From Chiloscyllium plagiosum (lineage: Eukaryota), in assembly GCF_004010195.1 (NCBI RefSeq), contig NC_057718.1, positions 81,834,110 through 81,898,109 on the forward strand: DNA of 64,000 bases. The letters are read 5' to 3'. The notes beneath the pieces were generated by a model. The model had not been told where the DNA came from. It did no database searches and was given only the letters and a program-made list of their open reading frames with translations. Below, in pieces: positions 50,023-62,145 of this stretch (the stretch's first letter is position 1; every line of letters starts with the position of its first letter). A program made the translations under genes and the position numbers.

Positions 50023-51145
50023 TTAGCTTCAGAGAGAGCAGGAGACAGGAAGATACTTATAAGGGATGACAGCACCCTTTCCCTTCTGAAACAATGGCTC
50101 ATTTGAAACTAAGAAAGCAACCATTTTGCTTTGGCTGTGATAAAGACAGGTTATAAAACCCCATTTTGGAAAGAATCCTGAGGAAGGATGCTGAGAGGTA
50201 TCAACAGAGTTCTCGGCTAAGGAAGTATGTGGAGGAAGGCATTCAGGAATCAACTGCTGTTCTGAGGAAAGAGACCAGACGACCTCTAAGTGTTGTAAAC
50301 ACAGAACTAATGAAGAAATAGAAACCTTATTTCTCTCTCAAAATCAACTAACATGCTGAGTGCACGTACATAGGCAAACACTGACTAACACAGAAGACAT
50401 CACAGTGGCTAATGTGACTTCGAGTTTCAGTCCCTTCATTTTATTAAGAGAAATGTGAGGAAAAAACAGGCCTACAATGATCTTGAAGACTGATCTTACT
50501 TTCTTCTTTTTAAACATGTTTTATCCATACCTACTTTTAATCTTTCTACATGTATTTTTACTTAATAAGTTTATCACTTTTACTTGAAAAACTATTACAG
50601 TTGTTTTCTGATAAATTAACTTCTACCCTGTTTGATGATACAGCTGTGCTGTTTTTTTTTAAAACACTGGAAAACCAAAAGAAAGCCACATACAAACTTA
50701 TACAAATATTTTGTTCAGAGGGCACTCTGCAAGCACACCTAGTGTGTGGTAATGACAGCTCCACAACCTCTGGAATTCACCAAAGATCTATCGATGTCCC
50801 CTTCTGTTTTCTACATTTTGCCACAAAGCAACATGATTCAAAGATCTGTCCTAAACATACATTGATGAGCCATTGTTTTACCTCCTGACCCTTCACTGTC
50901 TCTGAATTATCCATCTTTCTGTTTTGTTTGAGCAGTAATCTGCTCCAACTAATATTGGGAACACTGAGCCATTGATTTCAGATCCAGTGCACAAATTGTT
51001 CTGTAGCCATGAGTGTTCCCTCTTTCTAGCAATTACCTGAGGTTTCACAAGATTTTAGTGTGGGACTTGGTCCTAAGATGTGCTTCTGTACATATATCTG
51101 CTCCATCACCAAGACCTGCCACATCTGCCTCTGCAATATTACCTG

Positions 51146-51275
51146 ATTCCTGATGAAGGGCTTTTGCCCGAAAAGTTGATTCTACTGCTCCTTGGATGCT
51201 GCTTCACCTGTTGTGCTTTTCCAGCACCACATTCTTGACTCTAATCTCCAGCATCTGCAGTCCTCACTGTCGCCT
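51146..51275 (+). mobile_element. 130-bp solo PLE pseudo-LTR headed by a hammerhead motif
   Basis: ATTC-CTGATGA-AGGGC-TTTT-GCCC-GAAA; TSD AATATTACCTG (51135-51145) / AATATTACGTG (51276-51286), inside an L2-like relic. Confidence 0.85.
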
Positions 51276-52204
51276 AATATTACGTGTCTGCATACCAACC
51301 CAGCTCACCTGCTACCAAAAGTCTATACCTTTGCTTCCTTTGGACTTGACCATTCCAATGCACTCCTGACTAGCCTCCCATTTCCATCCTCCGTAACTTC
51401 CAGCTCATCCAATACTTTGCTGCCTGCAACTGAACGTGCATTATGTCACATTCATCTGTCACACCCCAGCTTACATTGGTTCAGCAACAACTTGATGTCA
51501 ACATTCTTATCTTTATTTTCAAGTTCCTCCATAGCCTCGCCACTCCTTATTTCCATTAACCTCCAACAGCTCTATTGCTCTTGGAGCAGAGAAGGTTAAG
51601 GGGAGGGCTGACAGAGGGGCATGGACAGCAGCTGCTCTCCTTTGTCAAAGGGCCAATTACAAGAAGACATAATGTTAGAGTGAAAGGAGGAAGGTTTCGA
51701 GGGCATTTTAGGAAAATATTTTCACCCGGAGGGAGGTGGGGGGTTCTGGAATGCACTACCTGGGTGGTTACTTGAGGCATAAAGCCTCACACACTTTAAA
51801 AAGTACTTGGATAAGCAAAATGCCCCATAGAAGCAGCATCAAAAGAAAGATGCCAGCCACATAAAATGATGATAGGGCAGATACAGATAGGTTTTAAGGG
51901 CCACTTAAAGGGTGGGGGGTGGGGGGGGGGGTGGGAATAGAGACGTGAATAACAGAGGTACCTAACAAATAGGAGCAGGAATAGGCTATCCAGGAGTCAT
52001 CATAACATTCAAGACTCTGGGCCTAGCGTGGGAAAATGGGACTAGTTGAGGTAGCAGTACATTTTTGGTGGTACCGACTTGATGAGCCAAAGGACTGATT
52101 CCTTACTGTGTAATTCTATGATTTTAGCCGTTCAAGATATCTGCTCACCTTCTTATGCAACCCCACCCACTGCTATTTTAATTGACAGTGCTGTTGACCA
52201 TATT

Positions 52205-52530
52205 GGGCGGCACGGTGGCACAGTGGTTAGCACTGCTGCCTCACAGCGCCAGAGACCCGGGTTCAACTCCCGCCTCAGGCGACTCTCTGTGTGGAGTTTG
52301 CACATTCTCCCCGTGTCTGCGTGGGTTTCCTCCGGGTGCTCCGGTTTCCTCCCACAATCCAAAAATGTGCAGGTTAGGTGAATTGGCCATGCTAAATTGC
52401 CCATAGTGTTAGGTGAAAGGGTAAATGTAGGAGTATGGGTCTGGGTGGTACACGCTTCGGCGGGTCGGTGTGGACTTGTTGGGCCGAAGGGCCTGTTTCC
52501 ACACTGTAAGTAATCTAATCTAATCTAATC
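52205..52530 (+). mobile_element. HE1-type V-SINE, young full-length
   Basis: Complete head, core and (TAATC)n tail. Confidence 0.97.
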
Positions 52531-52569
52531 ATACTCACAACCAAAGGAATTCCTTCTCTGAATGTCTTT

Positions 52570-53025
52570 GAAAGATTGCAAAACAGGTTCAATTCCTGAA
52601 AAGGGTGGATTGTCCTCTGAGGAAATATTAACTGGACTGATCCTAAATTCTTTGGAAAGTAGAGGAATGAAAGATGATCTCATTTAAACAGCCAACCTTC
52701 TTCTCAGGATTGGCCAGGTCAATGCAGGAAGGATGGTTCCCCTGTGTGGCGATGGAACCAGGCACACACTTGGAACATATGAGCTAGGTCATTTCAGACT
52801 GACACACCATGGAACTTCTTCACCTGGAGGGTGATGAGTCTTTCACTTCTCCATGTGGAGGATCTATCATTGAGTATGATCATGACTGAGATCAATAGAT
52901 TTCTACATATTAGAAACATCAAGGGTTCATTCAGGAAAATGGTATTGAAGTAGAAAATAGCTATGATCTAATTGAGTGGTGGAGCATACGCAAATGACTG
53001 GTGTGCCAACTCCTGCTCCTATTTG
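52570..53025 (+). mobile_element. Old CR1 3' relic
   Basis: GAAAGATTGCAAAACAGGTTC..GAGGAATGAAAGATGATCTC..AACTCCTGCTCCTATT. Confidence 0.6.
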
Positions 53026-53814
53026 TTAAGATACTTCTGTTATTCACTTCTCTTCCCCCCCCCCACTTTAAGTGGTCCTTTTTAAAGACATTAATTAGCG
53101 GAGCAGTCATTTTTGTTGCAGGATTCAGCTGCTAAGACTGAAAATTAATTTCCTTCAGTTCAAAAAATAAATCTAACTGAAGGGCCAGCGTATCTAATAA
53201 ATAGTCTCTAGTACCTTATACAAATAGTGTTCCATTATATTATTTATTTTCAGGATCCCTTATCCACTCTGCTGCCATGTACAGGTGAAAGCACACATAA
53301 ATCTCATTCACCTTGAGAATTCTGTACTTAAATTGATGAACAGTCATTATCGAAATGGATAGGAGCTCAGTGGACTCTGCAGAAATGTAATTAAATTAAT
53401 TAAACTGATGGTCTCTGCATTTAGCTTCCAGTTTGTTCAATGGGGGAGGGGGAAATTAAACAGATTTTATCTTGTAAAAATGTAGTTTGTCACAAACAGG
53501 CAGAACTCAAGTGACATTGTGCATTCACTATGGGTCATTTGACAACATTTTCATCTGAGTTGGAAGGTCACAGTTTCAAAGTCCACAGACTCAAATTCAC
53601 GCTTCTGGGGAAATCACTGAGGGAAGTGTTTCCTTTCAGATCAAGAGTCTGCCTGCGACCTATAATTTTTCATTGGTTATATCAAAGATGAATAGGTGAA
53701 TTCTTCAGTGTTGAAAAAGAAACAAAGGAGCTGCAGATGCTAGAAACAGAAACAAAATCAGAAATTGCTGGAAAACCCAGCAAGTCTGGCAGTGCCAATG
53801 GTGAGAAATCAATA

Positions 53815-53848
53815 TTAATGTTTCAGATCCAGAGACCCTTCTTCAGAA
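53815..53848 (-). ncRNA. Minimal hammerhead ribozyme motif (degenerate)
   Basis: Minus strand CTGAAGA-A-GGGTC-TCTG-GATCT-GAAA-CATTAA. Confidence 0.55.
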
Positions 53849-53950
53849 AAGGTTGGTATATCCACAGAACATGGGATGGAGGATGGTGGGGGAGGGGGAA
53901 TAAATGATAGGTGGAGGTAGAGCCCAAAAAGAGAGAAAAACAAAGGACTG

Positions 53951-56511
53951 AGGTCAAAAAGTGTGGCGCTGAAAAAGCAACAGGTGGGATAGTTCAAGAG
54001 GGCGGTGCCAAGTTGGAGGTTTGGGTCTGGGATGAGGTGAGGGGGTGGGAGATGACAAAACTGATGAAATCAACATTGATGCTTGTGGTTGGAGGTTCCC
54101 ATGGTGGAAGATGAGGCGTTCTTCCTCCAGGCATTGGGTGGTTTGGATTTGGTGATGGAAGAGACCCAGGACTTGCAGGTCCTTGGTGGAGTGGGAGGGG
54201 GAGTTGAAGTGGTCGACCACAGGCCATGGGGTTGTAAGGTGCATGTGTCTCAGAGATGTTCCCTGAAACGTTCTGCAAGTTGGCGTCCTGTCTCCCCGAG
54301 GAGATCATATTGAGTACAATGGACACAATAGATGAGGTAGGTGAGTGTGCAGGAAAATCTCTGCTGGATGTGAAAAGATCCTTTGGGGTCCTAGAGATAG
54401 AGAATGAAAGGTCCAGGAAGGGGAGGGAAGTGTCCGAGATGGTCCAGGTGGAAGGTGTGGAAGGTGTTCATAAAGTTGGCAACAGTTCAACCTCTTCATG
54501 GGAGCATGAGGTGGCATCAATAGTCATCGATGTAACAGAGGAAAAGGTAGGGAATGGTGCCAAGTGTAGCTGTGAAAGATGGACTGTTCCATGTACCCGA
54601 CAAAGAGGCAGGCATAGCTGGGGTTTATTTGGGTTCCCATGGTTACCCCTTTGGTTTGGAGGAAATGGGCAGGATGAGGACCAGTTCCACCATTGATGAG
54701 TGTGTTGGTGGAGGGGGACTGGTTGGGTTGGGGCAAGAGGCAGAACCAGAGAGGGCTCGGAGACCTTTGTCGCGGCGGATGGTTGTGTATAGGGACTAGG
54801 TGTCTATGGTGAGGATAAGGTGTTCGGGGCCGTGGAAATGAAAGTCATGGAGGTGGTGAAGGGCATGGGTGGTGTCCCGAATGCATGTGGGAAGAACCTG
54901 GACCAAGGAGGACAGAACAGTGTCAAGATATGAGGAGATAAGTTTGGTGGGGTAGGAGTAGACAGAGACAATGACTGGGACAGTCAGGTTTGTGGATTTT
55001 GGGTAAGAGATAGAACCAGTAGGTGCGGGATCCCTGGTCTATGAGGTTGGTGGCTGTGGATGGGACAACCCCTGAGATGATGGCATTGTGAATGGTCTGT
55101 GAACAGTCGATCTTCTGCAGTTATATTGGCACCATCCCCACCTTTTCCTCCACTACATTGATGGCTGTATTGGCGCCACCTTGTGTTCCCATGGGGAGGT
55201 TGAACAGTTCATCAACTTCACAAACACCTTCCACCCTGACCTCAAGTTCGCGTGGGTCATCTCGGACACGTCCCTCCCCTTCCTGGAACTCTCAGTCTCC
55301 ATGTTTAGTGACAGAGTCAACATGGACATCTACTTCAAAACCACTAACTCCCACAGCTAACTGGACTACTTCCTCCCACCCCCGCTCCTGTAAAAATGCT
55401 ATCCATTATTGCTAATTCCTCTGCCTCGGCCATATCTGCTCCCAGGAGGAACAATTCCACTCCAGCACAGCTCAGGTGGCCTCCTACTTCAAGGACCACA
55501 ATTTCCTCTCCCATGTGGTCAACAATGCCCTCCAGCACATCTCCTCCACTTCCCATACCTCCTCTCTTGACCCCCACCCATCATAACAAGGATAGAACCC
55601 CTACCCCCGGTCTTCACCTTCCACTCCACTAATCTCTGAATACAGCGCATTATCCTCCGCCATCTCTGCCACCTGCAATCAGACCTCACCACCAGAGGTA
55701 TATATTCCCTCCCCACCCCAATCAGCATTCCACAGAGACCATTCCCTCCGTGAGTCCCTCATTAGTTCCACACTCCCCACCAACCTGGCACCTTCCCTTG
55801 CTGCCGCAAGAGGTGTAAAACCTGCATCCACACCTCCTTCCCACCTCCATCCAAGGCCCCAAACGATCCTTACACATCCGGCAGTGATTTCTCTGCACAT
55901 CCAAACACGTCATCTACTGTGACTGTTGCTCTCGATGTGGTCTCCTCTACACTGGGGAAACAGGATGCCAACTCATGGAACATTTCAGAGAACACCTCTG
56001 GGACACATGCACCAAACAACCCCACCCCTCTGTGGCCAATGAATTCAACTCCCCCCTGCCCCATGCAAGTCCTGGGTCTCCTTGACTTGAAATCCAAGTC
56101 ACCTAATGCCTGGAGGAAGGACGCCTCAGCTTCCAATTGGGACCCTCCAACCACACAGCATCAATGTTGATCTCACCAGTTTCATCATCACCAGTTTCAC
56201 AGCCTCCCCCCACCTCATCCCAGATCCAACTCTCCAACTCGGCACCACCCTCTTGAACTGTCCTAGCTGTCCAACTTCCTTCCCACCTATTGACTCCACC
56301 CTCCCCTCTGACCTATCACCATCATACCCCAACTCCATCTACCCATTGCCTTCCCAGCTGCCTTTCCCCAGTCCCATCCCACCCTCCTATTCATCTCTCA
56401 GCACCCTTCCCCCCTTCCCACATTCCTGATGCTGCCTAACCTGCTGTGCTTTTCCAGCACCACACTTTTCAACTCTGATCTTTAGCATCTACAGTCCTCA
56501 CTTTCTCCGAG
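53951..56511 (+). mobile_element. Inner Neptune-type PLE with head-to-head arms (minus about 53951-55085, plus about 55090-56511)
   Basis: Minus: QTKGVTMGT..PSYACLFVGYMEQ (PLE RT) and PVVDHFNSPSH; plus: RT thumb, Cys linker and GIY-YIG (TACACTGGGGAAAC); TSD ACAAAGGACTG 53940-53950 / 56512-56522. Confidence 0.85.
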
Positions 56512-57239
56512 ACAAAGGACTGGGTAAAGGTCAGTCTATGAGAATGAATAGCTGTTATTGAAGACTATTAGTAGCTGACAGTGGGTTGTGTGTGGTAGAA
56601 ACCCATGTGATGACAAGGTTTGGTGTGTGGGCATTGGGGTAAGGACATGAGAAAAGGTGCCTCAAGCCCTAAAATTGTTGAACATGAAATTGAGTCCAGA
56701 AGGTTGCAGAATTCCCAAGTGGAAAACGTAGTGCTGAGTTTCACTGGCGCACTGCAGCAGAGATGTTGGTCAAAGAACATGGCGGAGTGTTGAAGTGGCA
56801 GTACTGTATTTGCTGCTCACAATGCAGGTCTCCTGTACGTTGGAGAAATGGAGCACAGACTGGGTGACCCTGAACTTCCAGTTGCCTGACACTTCAACAA
56901 ACCACTGTGTTTCCTCTCCAACATCTCTGTCTCGGGTTTGCTGCCGGGCAATTTCTGTTTTAGATTCTTCAGGATAGTCTGGCCAATACTTGTCCCTCAA
57001 CCAACATCATTAGAAAATATTCTTTGGTCATTATCACATTCTAATTTAAGGAACCTTACTGTGCACAAATTGGCTGCACGCTTTCCACATCACAACGATG
57101 ACTACACTTCACAAGCACATAAGTGATTACAAATTCTTTTGGGTTGTTCTGAGGTCATGGAAGATGGTGTATCATTATCTAAATGATACCTACCAATTTT
57201 GTCAGGTCTACACAAGCTTTGTTTCAAAACAGTGAAAAA

Positions 57240-57770
57240 AAACCCTTGTTGGCCGAAACAAATCACATGACAACCCTTCATGAGTGACAACCCTTTAATA
57301 GCTTTTAATCAAATATATTCTTTCACTCATTAATCGTCCTCTCTGCTATGGAGGGCACCTTAATGATGTGAAGTGACAGCATTTGTCACTGAGTGATACA
57401 AGCACCTTGTCCGAGTTGCTGAGCACCAGTGAGTTTTAATTAAATCTGTCAGCTCTTGTTGTTTAAAATGTTAATTGTTACAATTAGTCAGAAGCCAGAG
57501 CTAAAGGTCTGTCAAATCACTATGGTCTTTTAGCTGTTGCACTTAAGTTTTGCAAAATAAAGTTGTCAATGTTGAACCCTATTTTAAATATCTCAATATC
57601 AAGTTCAAGTTGCTTTGTAAATAACTGTAAAAGTCAAAAAATGTTGCAATTATGCACCTAAAACCTGTATTCTTGAAAATAAGCAAAAGAGCTTTCAGCT
57701 CAGTAGCCTGCCATGGCCTTTGGCAGGGAACCAATGGTGTGAAAGCTCACTTCTGAAATTCTCCTGGTCT
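57240..57770. promoter_or_regulatory. Repeat-free island, candidate conserved non-coding element
   Basis: TGACAG/CTGTCA at 57374, 57446 and 57509, TTAATTAA at 57436, several TAAT. Conservation not tested. Confidence 0.35.
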
Positions 57771-57924
57771 TCCAGGATCAATCCCATGAGAAACATACTC
57801 ACTAGTGACATGTATACTTCTGATCTCCCAGTTATAACTCTGTGTGACATTATTATCAGAATAAACACTTAAAAAGAAATATTCAAGTAAATCTCTGGAT
57901 TACAATTGTACAGGTGCTACTAGT

Positions 57925-58240
57925 GGGTGGCACGGTGGCACAGTGGTTAGCACTGCTGCCTCACAGCGCCAGAGACCCGGGTTCAATTCCCACCTCAGGC
58001 GACTGACTATGTGGAGTTTGCACATTCTCCCCGTGTCTGCGTGGGTTTCCTCCGGCTGCTCCGGTTTCCTCCCACAGTCCAAAGATGTGCAGGTCAGGTG
58101 AATTGGCCATGCTAAATTGCCCGTAGTGTTAGGTAAGGGGTACATGTAGGGGTATGGGTGGGTTACGCTTCGGCGGGTCGGTGTGGACTTGTTGGGCCGA
58201 AGGGCCTGTTTCCTCACTGTAATGCAATCTAATCAATCTA
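57925..58240 (+). mobile_element. HE1-type V-SINE, young full-length
   Basis: Complete head, core and tail. Confidence 0.96.
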
Positions 58241-60269
58241 AAGAGTAACACTTTAGCATTAAGCCATGATTTGGTCATAACCATGGCAGAATGAAAATCA
58301 AATGTAAAGTCAAGCTCCCAATTCCCAACCGTGGAAGCTCAGAGTAATGCGCATTTTTAAAACTTTGTAGTGCAGTTGATATTGGAACCCTCTCCTGAAA
58401 AAGCTTCTGAGGGGTGATCAATTAAACATTTCATAACGATGACCGATAAGGCTGAATGTTACTGGCCCCTAGAAGGTAGGACCAAAGGAAGAAGAGGAAA
58501 GAGGTAAGGTAGCAGCAGCCATGTTGTGAGGTATTCTTCTTCACTTTCTATTGTTCACTCACCATCCCTTCCTTTCATTCGCTCAAGGTTTGTAACATTT
58601 CCATCTTTCCTCAGTTGTGATGAAGGGTCACTAGCTTGAAATGGGGAGGGGCTTGCTATTTGTGTACCCCCTACCCCAAAGTTTCCCCTCTGTTACTCTG
58701 TCGACCCTAGCACCTCTATCCACTTGCTGGGGTCTGTCAGCCTAATCTGACTGAGAACTTGCCTCCATCATAAGTTCAGAAATGGGGATGTTCAACAATG
58801 ATTAACACAATGTTCAGCACCATTCACAATTCTTCAGATATTGAAGCAGTCCATGTCCAAATGCACCAAGACCTGGACAAATTACCATTGGTCTGGTAAG
58901 TAGCAAGCAACATTCACACTAGGCAATCTAACCATCTCCCCTTGACATTCAATGACATTAACATTACTGGAACCTCCACTATCAACATCCTAGATATTGA
59001 TAAAAAAACTGATAAATAACTTAACTGGACCAGCCACAACAGCTGACCAGAGGCTAAGAATACTTCAGCAAAGCTCCTTCAGCAATCTATTCCAAACTCA
59101 TGACCACTTCCACCTAGAAGAACAAATGCAGCAGATGCATTGAAATGCCACCATCATAAACTTCCCCTTCAGTTCACACACCAACCTGAATTGGAAATAT
59201 ATCATCAGTTGCTGGGTCAAAATCCTCAATCTTTCTCCCTAATAGCACTTTGAGCAGTAGCTACAGCAAATCAAATACAGTAATTATGACTATTCTAGGG
59301 CAATGAATGCTAATCTTGCCAGCAATAACTCACTTCCCAAACTGGATTCAAAAAGATTCTAAACATGTCTTAAAGTCTAGGTTCCATTGGAGCCCATTCC
59401 CTCAGGGACTGCCCAGTGGTTTTTAAGTGACAGCAGAGCAAGCTGGTAAAGTCTGTCCCTCACATTTATACTGGAGGTGGGTCTCAGCCCCACATCACAT
59501 TCAGCCTTATAACTCAGTTTGCGTCTGAAGACATACTGAGCATTTCCAGCACGTTTCCTTTTATTTCAGATTTCCAGCATCTGCAGTATTCTGCTCTTCT
59601 ACACAGTGATGGTCTGCTTTCTGCCTCATTCCCTTAAGGAGTTCATAAGACAACAATTGATTCTGTGATTCAATTTTGGAATGTTGTTGAGCGGAATGGC
59701 ATTTATTGCCAATCTCCAGTTAACTTTGAGAAAGTGATAGTGAATCTTCTTCTTGAAGCACTGCACTGGATACAGTGAAGGTCTTCCCATAATGCTCTCA
59801 GCTCCAGAGATTCAGACTGTTGAAGGAACATCATAGATGTCTATCAGAATGGTATTTGACTGAGAGGGGAGCTGAGAATCAGCAGTGTTCCTTTCCTGAT
59901 CTAAGTAAAGACAATCAACTTCACCCCAACCTCATTGTTCCAACTCTGATCTTCAGTAGGACCACATCTGTGGAAGGACCGTTTGCTATGTCACCCAAAT
60001 CTTCATATATTATCAATTTTTCTCACCATCTTTTACAGCTTCTTTAAGGTCTACCTCTGTTTTGAGCTACTTCCCCTACCTCTTGCATTTACTCTGAAGT
60101 GGAACCTAAATTGCAGCAAGAGGTGGGATCTTTTCACGACTAAGGCAGCCCTTGCTACAGGTATGAATACTAAAGAGCTGGTGATGTTTGTGGGATTGGA
60201 AACCTTAACTGAACAATTTAGATTGATGCCACAGAAGGAGGCCATTTGGCCCACCCTACAGATGCTGGA

Positions 60270-60775
60270 AAGGGAAAAGCCATCCAGCCGCATTGAAATT
60301 TGCAGCTCTTAGTTCACTTGTCTGCAAGATACAGCACTTCAAGGGCTCATATTTTATAAATCTTGAACTTGTTTCTTTAATAAATGCTGGTTTCCACCTT
60401 TCATCATGCTTTCAAGCAGTAAATTCCAGACCCCATGACCTCGTAGATGTAAAGGTCCTTTAATCCTTCTAGTTTTAATCTATGACACTCATTCCTGTTA
60501 TTTCTAACAGAAGTAGATGCTTCCTATCCATACTGTATAGGCCCTTCATAAATCTATATACCTCAATTAAACTTCCTTCAGCACTCTGTTCTCCAAACAA
60601 AATCAACTTTATTCAATCTTTCCTCATTACTAAAATTCCCTATTCTTGTTAATGTCCATGTAAACCTCCTCTGTACCCTCTCTAATATGGTCATATGTCT
60701 CCTGTACTCTACCTGTGACCTAACTAGTGTTTTACAGAGTTCCTGCTCTTTAACTCTGGGTCTTGACCAATAATG
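60270..60775 (-). mobile_element. Old CR1 3' relic
   Basis: ORF 60578..60787 KTLVRSQVEY..ILERVQRRFT. Confidence 0.65.
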
Positions 60776-60917
60776 AAAATTAGTCAAGGAAGATATCTGG
60801 CAGCTTGGCCACCCTCAGTGATCTGAAATAAAGTCAGAAAGCACTGGAGACACTAAGCATGTCTGGCAGCATCTGTGGAAAGAAGACAGAGTTAACATTT
60901 CGACTCTGATATAACTA

Positions 60918-61238
60918 GGTGGCATGGTGGTTCAGTGGTTAACACTGCTTCCCTCACAGTACCAGGGACCTGGGTTCAATTCCAGCCTCAGGCAACTATC
61001 TGTGTGAAGTTTGCACGTTCTCCCTGTGTCTGCGTGGGTTTCCTCCAGGCGCTCCAGTTTCCTCCCACTGTCCAAAGATGTGTAGGCTAGTTGAATCGAC
61101 CATGTTAAATTGCCCATGTGTTCAGGGATGTGTAGGTTATGTGCATTAATCAGGGGAAGTGAAAAGTTTGGAAATGGGTCTGGATGGGATACCTTGGGAG
61201 GGTCAGTGTGGACTTTCCACACTGTAGGGATTCTATGA
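60918..61238 (+). mobile_element. HE1-type V-SINE
   Basis: Head, core and CTGTAGGGATTCTATG tail. Confidence 0.9.
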
Positions 61239-61825
61239 GATCTGATGCTACCAAAGAGAGATCTGTGGGACTATGCATTCCAGGGTGTTATTGATCCCTC
61301 TAAACTTCTCAGAATCCTCTTACATTATTTATACCTATTTGACCAGTTCATTGATATTTTCCTGCAATTTCTTCCCTTTTAACAATCAAATGGTCAATTT
61401 TTGTATCATCTGCAAACTGGTGCAATCCCCACAGAAACCAATACATTTTTAAGGAACCCCCTCAAGCAAACAGCAAGAAAACCAAGAGACATTTCACTAT
61501 TTAAAATTTTTACTGTAAACAATCATTAAAATCAACAGAACTCAAACATTCATTAACAGGTGAGAGCTATTATAAATTAAGTGGAAATGTTGCTTTAAAT
61601 ACTATGTAGAAGGAAGATACCACTCACCTTGTTACAAACACTAATATTATTTACCACGGAAACATGGGATAATGTCATTTTACAGTTTTTCTGACTTATC
61701 CTGCATTTTGTAGGATTTCTCACTTTCCATCCAATCAGTCAGCTCTTGAGTTATATTCATCAAAAGCCATATTCTCTCCAAAGTCCTTGGATAAGGTCAT
61801 TGTTGCCAAGGAAGATATCTATATT

Positions 61826-62145
61826 CAGCATGGTAGCTAGGTGGTTAGCACTGCTGCCTCACAGTGCCAGGAACCCCATTTCGATTCCTGCCTTGGGCGA
61901 CTGTCTGTGTGGAGTTTGCACATTTTCCCTGTGTCTGTGTGGGTTTCCTTCCCACATTCTAAAGATGTGCAGGTCAGGTGAATTGGCCATGCTAAATTGC
62001 CCATAGTGTTTGGGGATATGCAGGTTAGGTGCATTAGTCAGGGGTAAAAATAGGGTAGGGGAATGGGTCTGGGTGGGTTATTCTTCAGGGGGTCGGTGTG
62101 GCCTTGTTGGGCTGAGGGATTCCACATTGTAGGAATTCTAATCTA
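61826..62145 (+). mobile_element. HE1-type V-SINE
   Basis: Head, core and tail. Confidence 0.9.

Larger units (their letters stand above)
53709..56963 (-). mobile_element. Outer PLE (minus pLTR with HHR at left, short inverted end at right) inserted in a Deu-SINE relic
   Basis: TSD ATTCTTCAG at 53700-53708 and 56964-56972; Deu-SINE halves at about 53545-53708 and 56964-57185. Confidence 0.7.
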
